A DNA stretch of 64,000 bases from Eledone cirrhosa (taxonomy: Eukaryota): assembly GCA_964016885.1 (NCBI GenBank), contig OZ024740.1, positions 65,720,001 through 65,784,000 of the forward strand. The letters are read 5' to 3'. The position numbers and the translations under genes were made by a program. The notes beneath the pieces are model-generated. The model searched no databases, was not told where the DNA came from, and saw nothing but the letters and a program-made list of their open reading frames with translations. Positions 39,441-52,962 of the stretch are shown piece by piece. Each line of letters begins with the position of its first letter. Position 1 is the first letter of the stretch.

Positions 39441-41672
39441 ACATCGGAAACAGAAGAAGATAGCCCCAAACCTCTCCAGGACACAACAACTCGCCCCGAA
39501 GAACCTACGGAATAGGGAAGTTATATACTTACCATCCGACAAAGGTAAAGAGTTTTGCGTCATCTCTCAAGCCACATACAATAACCTAGCCTTTGAACAC
39601 CTAAGCGACAGTGAATTATACACAGTGATCCCGGACATGACTGCAGCCCAGATCGAAAAACAGACCAACTCCATTTGGTTCGATATCTGTAGGAGAAGAC
39701 AACTCCCAAATAAAGTTAAGCTCAACTACACCACTAGAAATAGCAGACTGCCCACTTTCTACCACCTCATCAAGACCCACAAGAATAGTACTAAGACGCA
39801 AATAAGACCCATCGTCTCTAGCATAGAAGGACCACTATACAAAATGTCCTGGCTCCACTCCCAGGTCCTCAAGCCTCTACTCTCCACCTTTCCCGGGCAT
39901 GTCAGTAGCTCCGACGAAGTTATACGTAGACTACACCAACTCCAGCCAGAACAACTTAAACTAAATAAATACGCTTTTAGCCTCGACGTTGTCTCCCTCT
40001 ACACTACAGTCCTCGCTCATCCAGCTGTCGATTTATTGACGGACTGCGTGGTCGCAGAGGACATCCACTGCTACGGCCTCCACCCGACGGACATACACCA
40101 GCTTTTGTTCTTCACAGTAGACAACACGTACTTCCCCTTCCACCACCTCACATACAGACAGACAACAGGATTACCCATGGGATCCAGCCTATCGGGCCTG
40201 CTGGCCATCACCTACATGAACCAGCTAGAATGCCGAGCCCTCAACACATGCCACTCCCATGCCTTCTTCACCCGATATGAAGATGACATACTCATCCTTA
40301 CATCATCCCGTGAGGAGGCAGATAAAATATACACAACATTCTCCAGCATGGACGCCAGTATAAAGTTCAGCATGGAACACCCCGACGACCGCGGATCCCT
40401 ATCCCTACTGGACTTCCAACTCAGGGTAACAGAGGAAGGCAATATCCACACCTGCTTCTATAAAAAAGCCGCCAGCAGGGACCTGTTCGTACATTTCAGA
40501 TCGGCCCTCCCACTCGGTGCCAAGTTCGGATACATAAGGAACGAACTGCACGTATCCGGAACAAATGCACCGACGCTAGATACCGAGACACACACACCAC
40601 ACATTTCCTGGAAGTACTCAAACTGAACGGATACACGACATCCACCACAAACCGTGCCAGAAAGAACAGAGGACACCACACCCGAGGCACTAACACGGAC
40701 GGATGGCCAAGAGACACTCCACCAGACATGACAACTGCTGCAGACTAGCCAACTGCCCCATCAACGACACAGACCTACGCCACCAGGCTTACGTCGTATA
40801 CAGACTAGAGTGTGACAAATGCAACAACTTCTACGTAGGTAGCACCACCAGACCACTCCACATAAGAATAAAAGAACACCTCAATACTAACGCTTCCTTA
40901 TTTAAGAAAAACCTAGTTAAATGCAAAAACACCGACAAAACCATAACAGTTAGGATAGAAACTAAGGACAGACACCTCGGCAATCTTAGAATTAAGGAAG
41001 CACTAATTATAGATAAAACACAACCACCTATCAATAATAGACTAGAACTCAACACCCAATTTATAACCTGATAGGGCTTCTAGCCCCATATTTACACACC
41101 CCACACACACACACGCACGCGCACACACACACGCTTACACCTCCACTTATTCTCTCTCACACATACACACACAAAACCAGTTCTAACACCAGATAACACC
41201 TATCCCCACATTTACGAATAGACTTATCTTCTCACACTCACACACAAACACTCACATACTTACACCTTCATGCATTCTCCCACACACTTATACAGGCATG
41301 TATATAAAATAAAAAATAAAAAAAAACCCTCAAACAAACCCCTTTTAAAGGGAGACTACTCTGTATCCACCTAATTTTAACTGTTTGACATTAGAGATAG
41401 AACAGATACTCTATACTATTTCCTGTCAGCATGGCTTGGCAAGATATTTAGAACGCTGGTTTGAGACCTTTATTTCCCTGTGAAGAAGAGATATTATCTC
41501 GAAAATTAAGGACATTTAAATATATCTAAGGTAAAGGACGAATTGTCAACAATATCTTTTACAATTGCATTCTTTTTTCTATGTCCATACCTGCATTGTT
41601 TTGGCTTTATTACACATATTCAAACGTTTATACCTCATTACACAATGCTTCAAGTGAACTATAACCTCCTCC
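39435..41672 (+). mobile_element. 5'-truncated Penelope-like element (Naiad-like)
   Basis: RT plus C-terminal GIY-YIG; 3' region has a degenerate hammerhead (TGAAGA-AGAGAT/ATCTC-GAAA, 41481-41504); ends in (TA)n. Confidence 0.88.
39460..41071 (+). pseudogene. PLE RT-GIY-YIG ORF, disrupted
   Basis: PSDKGKEFCV (DKG motif), FYHLIKTHK, IRPIVS, SLDVVSLYT, GLPMGSSLS, RYEDD (from YVDD), CRLANCPI, VVYRLECDKC..FYVGSTTRPLHIRIKEH. Confidence 0.9.
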
Positions 41673-41709
41673 ATATATATATATATTTATATATATATAT
41701 ATATATTTA

Positions 41710-41792
<83 letters not shown>

Positions 41793-41811
41793 ATAATAAT
41801 AAATATGAAGA

Positions 41812-41849
<38 letters not shown>

Positions 41850-41893
41850 AATAATAATAAATTTGAAAGCTAACATATATATATATATATATA

Positions 41894-42539
41894 TAAACGG
41901 AAAAAAATGAAACGTTATTTCTTTTCCCACTCTTAGTACGGCTGTTACTTAAATATAAGTATGTACACGTACATACATATATGTATACCGACGTACAATA
42001 GTATGTATATATATATATACATACATGCACACATATATATATATGCACGTATGGATTCACCGAACATTTATTATAATGCTCGGTGTGTTTGTAAACAAAC
42101 ATCCCGTATTAAGCCGTAGTGTCTAGCAACCACCGTTGCTCGTTTGTTCAACACTGACAAAGGAACGCTGTACTAGTTTCAAGCTTGTTAGCTATCGTCA
42201 GCAACGTATACCTTCCTGCCAGATTGTTGAACGTATATACTTACCTTATGCATATTAACGGATGAGTAGCCCAATTTGCATATCGATTGGGTTAATCGGC
42301 CGGGTGCACCGAAAACGATAAACGGAAAAAATGAAACGATATTTCATTTCCCACTCTTAGTACGGCCGTTACTTAAATATAAGTATGTACACGTACATAC
42401 ATATATGTATACCGACGTACAGTAGTATGTATATATATATATACATACATGCACACATATATATATGCACGTATGGATTCACCGAACATTTATTATAATG
42501 CTCGGTGTGTTTGTAAACAAACATCCCGTATTAAGCCGT
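41894..42539 (-). mobile_element. Retrozyme-like 1.5-mer, 425-nt period (family R, locus 1)
   Basis: 41894-42117 recurs at 42319-42539; one hammerhead per unit; 3' end joins (TA)n. Confidence 0.8.
42165..42207 (-). ncRNA. Minimal type I hammerhead
   Basis: ACGTTG CTGACGA TAGCT-AACA-AGCTT GAAA CTAG TA CAGCGT. Confidence 0.82.
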
Positions 42540-43038
42540 TTTCTTGGCTTGTTGTTGGGTTCCCGTATTTTTTTAGTAAATCATGCTGGATAACAGTTAG
42601 AACTCCCTGAGCGACTGCTTGACGTGGGTGAATCTATTCGTGGTGTCACTGTGTGTGTCTTATATGGGGGAGGCTTCGTTTTCGATTTATCCTTTTTTTT
42701 TGCACTGTACGGGAAGGCAAAATTGTATGTGAAGAATATGTCCCAACAAGCGGCTTTCCTATGTTGAACAGTAAAATTGCTTATTGCTTTCTCCCCGTTT
42801 TCTCCGCTCAATATAATGTCCCCCTTCCTTCATGCAATTTTGTATATATTGGAATTCGGATGTTCCCTCCAACATTAGCGGATAGGCGCAAGCGAAAAAA
42901 ACTATACGTTTTCAGGTTTTTGGAGTTGCAGTAAGAGGCAAATGCGGGGATATAAATACCATGAATACCACGAGGTTGCCATTTACGTAAGTCTGATATA
43001 TATATATATATATGTATGTATGTATGTATGCATGTATG

Positions 43039-43134
<96 letters not shown>

Positions 43135-44017
43135 TATGAGTGTGTGTATATTTTTTTTGGTGCCTCTGAATGTGTGTGTCTGTGTGAGGTGAGGACACAT
43201 ACACGAAACCCATGCTTGTATGTGACATAATGTGAATATGACACATATATGTAAATTTTGAGTGAGTATCTGTCATGCGTTGGTGTATTAGTCATATTCC
43301 TATTGGCTATGTAATTATATACATAGTCATTGCTATATTTTATATGGTTTATATAGGATAGAGAGATTGAGAATAGTAGTTTGGAGGCAGGAAAATGTGT
43401 GTTTTCCATAAATATATGTTATCTTACATTATGACATTATATTATCGCTTTTCATATTTTCATATTTTCTAATATGCTTTGATGCAGTATTGTGAAATAA
43501 ACGTTTATGCATCACGTGTTATTCGATTGAAATGTTTAAAATGCAGATTTTTTTTCTTGCAATGAATAATAAATCTGACAGTGTTGCATTTGCTCTAGAT
43601 TCCACACATGTTTGATGTTTTCGCAAATATGAGATAATTATTTGTTTCAGTGGTTGCATGAAGCATAACTTGTCTCTGATCTGTCGAGTGTTAACACGCA
43701 TTTCTATTTAATATATGAATAATCAGGTGATATCATTAAGTATTCATGCATATTATTCATATTACACATTAAAAGGATATACCAGTTATTCACCCTAGCA
43801 ATGGAAAACCATATTAAGCTTAATTTATCAGTTGCATGATAGAGCAAATACTCTAATTCATCTAACATTCATCATCATTTCAAAATATTTTATCTTGTTT
43901 CAGTAGAAATTTGACATACACCTAATTTTATTAATATTATGAATCCCAATTATACATGCATTTAGATATAATTCTTCTGCGTAAAAATATATGACGTGGT
44001 CCATTGCTCACGATAAA

Positions 44018-44273
44018 CCATATTCTGAATAATTAGAATTGCTATATGGAAACATATATTTAGTTCTGCAATTATATTGAAGCGTGACATTAAAACTAAT
44101 TTGTTCCGAGATCAGTTGTTTTATCTGGAAATAAAAAATAGAAAGAACCCATATTCTGAATAATTACAATTGCTATATGGAAACATATATTTATTTCTGC
44201 AATTATATTGAAAAGTGACATTAAAACTACTTTGTTCCGAGATCAGTTGTTTTATCTGGAAATAAAAAATAGA
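44018..44273. repeat. 131-bp tandem duplication
   Basis: Two near-identical units starting CCATATTCTGAATAATT at 44018 and 44149. Confidence 0.92.
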
Positions 44274-45479
44274 GAGAAGAAAACACTCTCCTCCTGATGG
44301 AGTTCTAGTTATTAAAAAACAGAGATGGAGCCAAACTGACACTAGTATTGGGTGGGTTGTTTATTCATTGACATCGGAAAGTTAAAATAAAAATATGACT
44401 TTGACCGGATTTGGAAGCACATCACAGACTGCCCTTCGCGCCCACTGTCTTCGGACCCATGGGATGATGAGCGGACGTTACGGTGTTCACTGTGGCGCTT
44501 GTTACGCCAACAAGCGATGAAAAGCACAGCAAAAAATGCTAAGGCTTTTTTAATGGCATGCTCTAACGAGACGGCGTATTCGTCACCTTTTTCCTGAAAT
44601 GATTATATGAAGATAGTAGGCAACTCATTTACTTATATTTTATTTCTTAACTCGTGTTGTGGAAAATGAGTTGTTGGTTAAGAGTTTCCGATGGGTAAAC
44701 TTAAGTCACGTGTCACCTTTCATAGCAATAATCATGTTAATAAAATTCATGAAATATTTCAGTGGAATATACAATCACTTTCCTAATTGCGAGCTAAAAG
44801 TTTCACTTCACAATAATAAGCTTCCGGCTTCGATACCACGGCGTGAAATCATGGACAATTGCATGTTCTATTACATAGAACCTGCAGTAGATTGGGAATA
44901 AAAAGTGAGGATATATTTGAACATGTGTCAGATATACTGTATCTATGATTCAAAAGTCCAAGTTTGTACGACATACAGTATGAGTACACATGTTGAAAAT
45001 GTACTGTTTAATTAGCGAGTCTGTCGTTCATTTGATGAAAGTTCGTAGGATCCATAAACTTCCAGCGCTCCACATTAACAACTATGCAAACTCTTTTCGC
45101 TTTATACTTTCCTTTGTCGTGCAGTAATCGATATGCAACTGTTCGGTGGCCGCGTAAAGTCATTAAAGGTAAACTTCATATCCCTTTCCTTCAGAGTGTA
45201 AAACTACTAGCTATCATTCTGTAAATGTAACATTTTGAGTGTCTAATTGTTTCTAATTATTACCGATTCGATTTCATATTCTCTCATTAGACAATATAAA
45301 ACTTTCAATTTTAAAGTCCATTGCTAATTTGATTGAAATACTAAACGCCAACTATAATTATGTCATAATTTAGTTTTCAATTAATTTTGTTTGACAAAAT
45401 TTTCTATGGAAATTTACGAAACAACCTTTTCTTCATGGGGTTACTTTCAAAGTTTCTATACATATGATATATTAAGAAA

Positions 45480-45600
45480 ACACGTGGCTTAGTAGTTAGA
45501 AAATTAGATTAACAATCGTGAGGTTGCGAGTTCAATTCTCGGACCGGCTGATGCATTGTGTCCTTGAGCAAGACAATTTATTTCACATTGCTCCTTCTGC
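45480..45600 (+). mobile_element. tRNA-derived CORE-type SINE fragment
   Basis: A box GTGGCTTAGTAGTTAG, B box GAGTTCAATTC, CORE-like TTGTGTCCTTGAGCAAGACA. Confidence 0.7.
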
Positions 45601-46457
45601 CAGCACTGCCTACCGGTAGATAGTATCAGCAATAGAAAGACCAATGAAAACATTGTTTACATAATCCAATTTGACAAGGTCCATCCCACTCGGCAATCGA
45701 ATCAGGTCTGTGATCTTATGGATCAATCAGAACGTATAACTAAGATCATGATACCAAACACCTCCATAAACAAATCATAACTTTACATGAGTATTTGTCC
45801 GCATTCTAAAATTCCTATTGCATATTTATAAAGACATTTCTGTTTTGACGTTAAACATGTTTGTCTTTATGCATATTTATGTGACAAACATTTTGAATTA
45901 TTGGCTCATCTCTTCACACGATAACGGAATATCATCACAGTTAGGTGGCTCTCGAGTCTGAAAGGTCATTTCCCCTTCACAATGAAGTCATTCATATGAG
46001 ATGAGTTTAAACGCCATAAGAATGAACTTGAATGTTTACTGCAATACATATTATCCAAGTGTTACATTTATTTATCGGCACAAGAAAAGGACATGCGGTA
46101 TTGACGTCGATATGAATCCAAATAAAATTATTTTAGGTGATGTTCTAAAACATGCCAATTCACAGCCTTCGTATAAAGTCTTACCATTTATTACATTTAC
46201 TACAACAATAATAGTAGCCAGATTTACGGATATCAAATAGCATATTTATTGATGTTTTATTTCACTTTAACTACAAATACAAAGGACATACAATAGTTTT
46301 AATCATATCAATGAAATGGCAACATTGTTTACTTAATTGAGAGCAGCAATACCATACTCTACTCTAAATATTTTAGGGAGATTAACTGTCACAAACACAT
46401 CATCCATGCACGTACACGCAAACATTCATATTCATACACAAACATATTTGTGAGTAA

Positions 46458-46491
<34 letters not shown>

Positions 46492-46506
46492 TGAGAGAGA
46501 GAGATG

Positions 46507-46562
<56 letters not shown>

Positions 46563-47354
46563 TAGATGTACACTCACAAATACATATATAGAAAATCTTG
46601 CGAATGCATACAGATTATACGTAACAAAAGCATAGCCTTTTCACAACTATGCACTATTAAGCTGATGTAGAGCTATGGAAATACGCACATATCTATAATA
46701 CTATTATGCAAAGTCTCAAAATGAAGTTTAGTAACAAATATATTTGAATTCTGATAGTAATACGAACAAATTAATACCAACTTTTCGTTCATTTCCTAAT
46801 CGATTACAATCATAGTACGATAACTTCACACCAGTAAGAAATGTTTATTAATTAACACCGTCTGAAAAGGCGGGCATCGCTGACATACATTTTGTTACTG
46901 TTTAAAAATGAGACTATTTTGAATTATTTAGAATGTGTATCAGTTTAAATTTAATATTTAATCTATTTTATTATCGGTTATTCTTATAATATAAATGAAG
47001 ACCTAACAATGAAAGCATCATTTTATCTGTTAATAAAATTTCAACAAAATCATTTACATGTTCGTTGTAATTCCGTTATATTTCTTTATTTGTCGTCTTT
47101 TACAGAAATGACGTGTAAATTTATAGTGTATTCATGTTCTACAAATAATTTCTTAAGATATTTCATTAGATCGAAATACCAAGCATATCTAATCTAATAA
47201 TAATACATATTTAATCTGGAAAACGCTATATAGTAAATAGATTTTTATAGATTACACTTTGGGAGAACATACTAAAAATTACTAATTGCATTGGAGAAAT
47301 ATGCATCTTGAAGAAAGATAAAACGGATTAACAAAATTCACACAACTACACGCA

Positions 47355-47419
<65 letters not shown>

Positions 47420-47699
47420 GGAATATAATGAAACGAAATTTCATTTCTCACAATTAGTACGGTACTTACTTAAATGTAAGTATGATGTATGTATACGTAC
47501 ATACATATGTGTATACAGACGGACAATAGTATGTATATATATACATACATGCACACATATATATATATGCACGTATCGATTTACCGAACATTTATTATAA
47601 TTGCTCGGTTTGTTTGTTTGTAAACAAACAAACAGGCCGTATTACGCCGTACAGTTTTTAGGCCACCACGTCACCTTTTTGTGCAACACTGACACAGGA

Positions 47700-47742
47700 A
47701 CGATGTACTAGTTTCAAGCTTATTAGCTATCGTCAGCATCGT
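47700..47742 (-). ncRNA. Minimal type I hammerhead
   Basis: ACGATG CTGACGA TAGCT-AATA-AGCTT GAAA CTAG TA CATCGT; stem I is fully Watson-Crick paired. Confidence 0.88.
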
Positions 47743-48185
47743 ATACCTTCCTGCCAGATGGTTGAACGTCTGAAAGTATATACTTTCCTCATGCATATTA
47801 ACGGCTGAGCAGTCTAATTTGCATATCGAGTGAGTTCAGTCGGCTGGGCGCACCGAAAACGATAAATGGAATAGAATGAAACGAAATTTCATTTCTCACT
47901 CTTAGTACGGCACTTACTTAAATGTAAGTATGTATACGTACATACATATATGTATACAGACGTACAGTAGTATATGTATATATACATACATGCACACATA
48001 TATATATATATATATATATATGCACGTATCGGTTTACCGAACATTTAATATAATGCTCGGTTTGTTCGTTTTCGGTGTGCCCGGCCGACTGAACTCACTC
48101 GATATGCAAATTAGGCTGCGCAGCCGTTAATATGCATAAGGAAAGTATATACTTTCAGACGTTCAACCATCAAGCAGGAAGGTAT

Positions 48186-48225
48186 ACGATGCTGACGATA
48201 GCTAATAAGCTTGAAACTAGTACAT
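48186..48225 (+). ncRNA. Inverted hammerhead copy truncated 3 nt after the cleavage site
   Basis: ACGATG CTGACGA TAGCTAATAAGCTT GAAA CTAG TA CAT, then RTE sequence. Confidence 0.75.
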
Positions 48226-48588
48226 AAACTTGTGAAGGAGTTTAGATGTTATCGGCTAGATATGGTCGAGGTCTTCTCCACAAAGTTATACTGTAGAATT
48301 AGATGGATAATAGAAACTCCACTATTTAGGTGTGGCACCAGAAAGGACACCACCGCGGGGATGCTCAAAAGTACCCGGCTGACAGAATGTTTTATGAACT
48401 GGATCCTATTAGAAGGGAGGATTTGCCTCGTGACATTTAGACTGAAAGATAGGTCTCTGTGAGTGGTGCAAGTTTATGCACCAAACAAGGAGTCCAAAAT
48501 ACGGGTCCTTCCTTGATGAAGTTACTGCAGGATTATATATAATTATGATTGATTCATATATCCTGATGTGACACGTCAATACATATGT
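48226..48588 (+). pseudogene. RTE-clade LINE endonuclease fragment (N-terminal)
   Basis: LVKEFRCYRLDMV, VVQVYAPN, and a decayed DSYILMGDFN-like motif. Confidence 0.7.
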
Positions 48589-49098
48589 GCCCATAGTTTA
48601 AAAACTCGTTTTTTTGATGAGTTTCGAAATCATATTTACAATTTCCTTGCATAAATATATTAAATTTCGCGATTGTTGCACACATACACCGTCTGCGGAG
48701 AGACCCAAGGGTTGGCTTCAACTGGATACATGTTGGGCTTTGTTCAACTGACTCCCGTATCTTGTGACGAACTATCTGCGTACGATTCCTGGGCCGTCCA
48801 AAATGGTTAGAGATTCCTGTAATATATTGGGATTCTCTACTAACCAATACATCTCATGTTTCTTCACACAGTTTCGTATATTGAGATTCAGGGGAGATTT
48901 GACGTTCAAGAAATTGTACGAAATTACTCTTGGACCTGCTCATACGAGCCAACATTATACTAATGTTTATCCGGTGCTGAAGTACGTTTTGGGATTTGAT
49001 GTCTTCTCAGACGTGATATATGCAACGTCCTAAAAGGTAAGTTTAAATGACGGAAAATGAAAATACAGTGACACAAAGTGTTCGCAGGTCTAGTTTCT

Positions 49099-49216
<118 letters not shown>

Positions 49217-49403
49217 CTCTCTATATATATATATATAATTAGGATTTAGCTTCAGGCATACCTGTATACAGACATGTATAGAAATTTCGTCTTTCTAAAG
49301 AAACACGGTATGTTTACAGGTAAACATATATAAAGCCATAACTATGCAGAAAACACCGGGGCTAACGCCCTCTGGTGGTGTCCAGCAGAAGCAAGGGGGA
49401 CAA

Positions 49404-49445
49404 TCGTCAATGCATTTCGGAATTAACTGATACTCATCAGGACGA
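49404..49445 (-). ncRNA. Minimal type I hammerhead with weak stem II
   Basis: TCGTC CTGATGA GTATCAGTTAATTCC GAAA TGCA TT GACGA; about 165 nt from a (TA)n tract. Confidence 0.68.
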
Positions 49446-51543
49446 CCCCTTCCCCACTTGTGACTGCTAGACTTGAAAACAGTCGATAATATATGTGTGT
49501 GTGAGGGGGCGGTGTTGGTTGTATATCTCCAGGTGTGCGCGGTGATTGGTCAATGCCCTTATATGGGTATTTTTACGTTGTTTGCGACGGTATGCCATCC
49601 TATGAGATTTTGGCTTCGCTTGACTAAGAAATCTGATGAACAGATTGGGCGAGAGTGGGCTCTTTAAATCTCCCCCGCGTTATGATAATAGCATTGGCTA
49701 TTTGATTTATTGCCATTAAAATGTCATCCATAACCATGTGGTGAACATATCAATGTAGTAGAACTTTGACATGCTGGTATACCCATAGATGAGTTTCAAT
49801 GCAATGAAGTTACGTTGGTTTTTATTTCGCTAGAAAATGTCATTATATTTCCACATGTCAAAGGTTGGTCTGTTATGATATCAGCACCTGTTGAACGTAA
49901 TTAATCAATTATAGATTTTAACGTGACTGCAGAAAGCTGTGAGTGATAATGTGAGACCATGGTAGTTCAACGTAAACGCACTCACTGTGAACGAATATTT
50001 CAGAGAATTATCGATTTTCAGAAGACGTCAGTTATTAACAGAAATATAGATATACTAATGAATTAGATATGTAGTTTTCTCAGGAAATTAATTACATGTA
50101 ATATTCTAGATTGCCCTTAATATTATCGTTAGAGATGACATGAATCTTCTCGATCGTGAGGGCGCTGTGATACGGGGTATTTTAACACATCATCCAAAAT
50201 GTATCTACCACAAGCCAAGACATGGCTGGCCGCGAAACCTTCACCGGCTTATTCTATTTTCATACGTCCATTTTACTTCTGACGACGATGCCTTCTTTTC
50301 ACTCTAGAGGAGGCTCTTAGTGAAACATCAGATCACGTGACCATCACAACTCAAAAAAATCAATATATTGCCAGTGCAATGACAAGTACAATTATTAAAT
50401 TGTATATTGATTATACATACAAATATTATTATAACTTTATAAGCGCTGGTATTAAGTGTGAACATGATGATCGATTTTCCCGTTGGAAACGTTTAAATAA
50501 TAGATTCAAGTTTTCATGTAAATGATGTAAGTGGTGCTAATTTGCCATATTAAAAAAATATGATGGAGAAAAATATCGATTATATTTCGAAAGTTGTTGC
50601 ACTGGTAATGTTTGTGGTATATGATAGTGTGTACTGTATGGTTTTATACTAGGACAATGTCATGTAGGTAATCTTGCGTTGGTTATTCGATAGACAGTAT
50701 TGAATAAAACTATAATAAAAATAAACCAATTATTACAATCACCTGTTTTTCATTCACGTTTCCTGTAATGTTTGTAAATGAGAGAAAAGGGAAGGGAAAA
50801 AAAGGAATATTATCAAATGAAAAATAAAATACGGAAGGAGAAGTGTTGACAGACTGTAAACCCTAAATCAGAGCTGTGTTTCGGCTGCGTCTCGCGGCAA
50901 AAATGGCAAAGGCGTTTAAGCGTACAATGGTTAGTGACACCCGCTGCAACAGTCTCCTCACTGCACGGGACTCATTTTACCGAGGTCACCTGTCCAGTGC
51001 CCGAGAAGACCTGAGGTCTCGACGGCGGCTGATGCAAAGGGAAAGCGGCCACTCAATCCCCACTAGATTCTTGCGTTCCTCTCCTTTGCATTGCGGGCTG
51101 CGGTACCAAGGATTGTGGCCGAGGCGAATAAGTTGAATACGGAGAAGGCGACACAGCAAGGCACGTATCAGATGAAGGATTTACCTTCTACGAAAAGGAA
51201 GAGGGTAATTCCGCATCGGCACTTAACTCCCCCTCGATTGTGGTCTGATGGCTCCAATTGTGACGAGAAGCCGGCTGCCATGATGATCCTTCTCATTATG
51301 TCATTGGAAAAGGCAGGTCGGGTAAACAGCCTACCCCCTGGCGCCATGATAGTGGGTGCAGGCTGAACTAAAAAACTGCAAGATAGGCATACATATGTCA
51401 CGATCCTCAGCAATTATGGAAAATTGAAATGAAATATAAATATATTTATATATGATTTCGAATTTCTGTAATTGCTAATTAATACTAGCCCGTCAACTTC
51501 GCTGTTGTGAGCTTATATATATATATATAAGGTCACAATAGCT

Positions 51544-51577
<34 letters not shown>

Positions 51578-51900
51578 TATACATGACAGTGAACGGCTAG
51601 GAATTCTTGTCTTGCATTTTATAACTGGACCGAGAAAGTCTCTTGATTATTTGAGATTTCTCGCGATACTCAACTCGGATTATCGTTATTCTCACAATGA
51701 AACTGCAGTTGAGACATTAAAATGAGTAAGTAAATATTTTTTTCTCATCTTATTTGCTTTTTCCCATATATGATTTTAATAGGCTCTGAATTTGTTGATT
51801 TTATTAACTCTTTCATGGAACCAAACTTAGTACCAGTTGGACGCTCTCTATGTATCTATATGTGTCTCTATACTTGTGTAGAAATGTATATACTTCTTCA

Positions 51901-51939
<39 letters not shown>

Positions 51940-51966
51940 AAATATGTATATATATTATATATATAC

Positions 51967-52005
<39 letters not shown>

Positions 52006-52028
52006 TATACATATATAATATATATATT

Positions 52029-52074
<46 letters not shown>

Positions 52075-52087
52075 ATACGTATATATC

Positions 52088-52556
52088 CAGTGAATTTCCA
52101 ACCGATAAGGTATAATTTCCATGGGTATGTCTCTATTCATAAAACAAACTTTGTATTTTATCTGATAAAAAGCGTACCAATGTGTCTTGGTACCCTTGAA
52201 ATATATATAATTGTTTCTACTTTTGGCACAAGGCCAGCAATTATTTCAGTGCATTACTGGTACTTTATTTTATCGACCCCGTAAGGATGAGAGACACAGG
52301 TAACATCGGCGCGATTTCAACTCAGATCATAAAGGGAGGTAACTCCATACTTCAAATCATGGCGCCCGACCCTCTACCGATACTGCCAATCCACCGACTT
52401 TGAAATATATATAATAAAATAAATATGGTTTTATAAATATAGTTTCCATTTATTTAATATCATTGAGTATATTCCAGTAAACTGTTGAGTGCTCTAAATC
52501 AGTTATAAACATTTATATTTGTTGGACTTCTAACAAATTAAATACCCCTTCTACTT
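52088..52556 (+). mobile_element. PLE pLTR plus tail (11813 family) interrupted by a SINE
   Basis: TATTTTAT CTGATAA..GTACCAA/TTGGTAC..GAAATATATA; the tail matches 12214-12358. Confidence 0.8.
52212..52399 (-). mobile_element. Full-length SINE with 16-bp TSD
   Basis: TSD TTGAAATATATATAAT at 52196-52211 and 52400-52415. Confidence 0.9.
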
Positions 52557-52583
52557 ATATATACATATATATATAAATATATA

Positions 52584-52654
<71 letters not shown>

Positions 52655-52658
<4 letters not shown>

Positions 52659-52846
52659 AACGAGTAGGACCCCGACGGCTGAGCTCTAGCCGTTTCGACG
52701 GCTAATTCAGTCCAGAATTAGCCGTCGAAACGGCTTGAGCTCAATCGTCGGGGTCCTACTCGTTCCTATTACCCACTCTACTACCCTAAGTATCGAGTAT
52801 TTTGGTGTGTTATGGTCCACCTGGTTCCTTACCACATTTCCTTCGT

Positions 52847-52848
<2 letters not shown>
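52655..52848 (+). mobile_element. Fold-back element with tail (family F, copy 2)
   Basis: Hairpin 52655-52768 plus the same tail; flanked by (TA)n. Confidence 0.82.
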
Positions 52849-52877
<29 letters not shown>

Positions 52878-52962
52878 ATGTGTATGTGCGTGTGTTTATG
52901 TATATATATGTACATATAAAATAACAGCAGGCTGGACTGGTATAATTCCTTAAAAGTTTGTT

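Larger units (their letters stand above)
47415..48225 (-). mobile_element. Retrozyme-like element, 448-nt period, with inverted segment (family R, locus 2)
   Basis: Unit starts at 47415 and 47863; 48066-48225 is the reverse complement of ~47703-47862. Confidence 0.82.

Noticed and set aside
39460-41071. Selenocysteine-encoding Naiad
   Set aside because: No in-frame TGA at the conserved Cys positions; the breaks are ordinary frameshifts or deletions.
50275-50340. CTGACGA...GAAACATCAGATC hammerhead-like motif
   Set aside because: Stem III does not close and stem I is mismatched.
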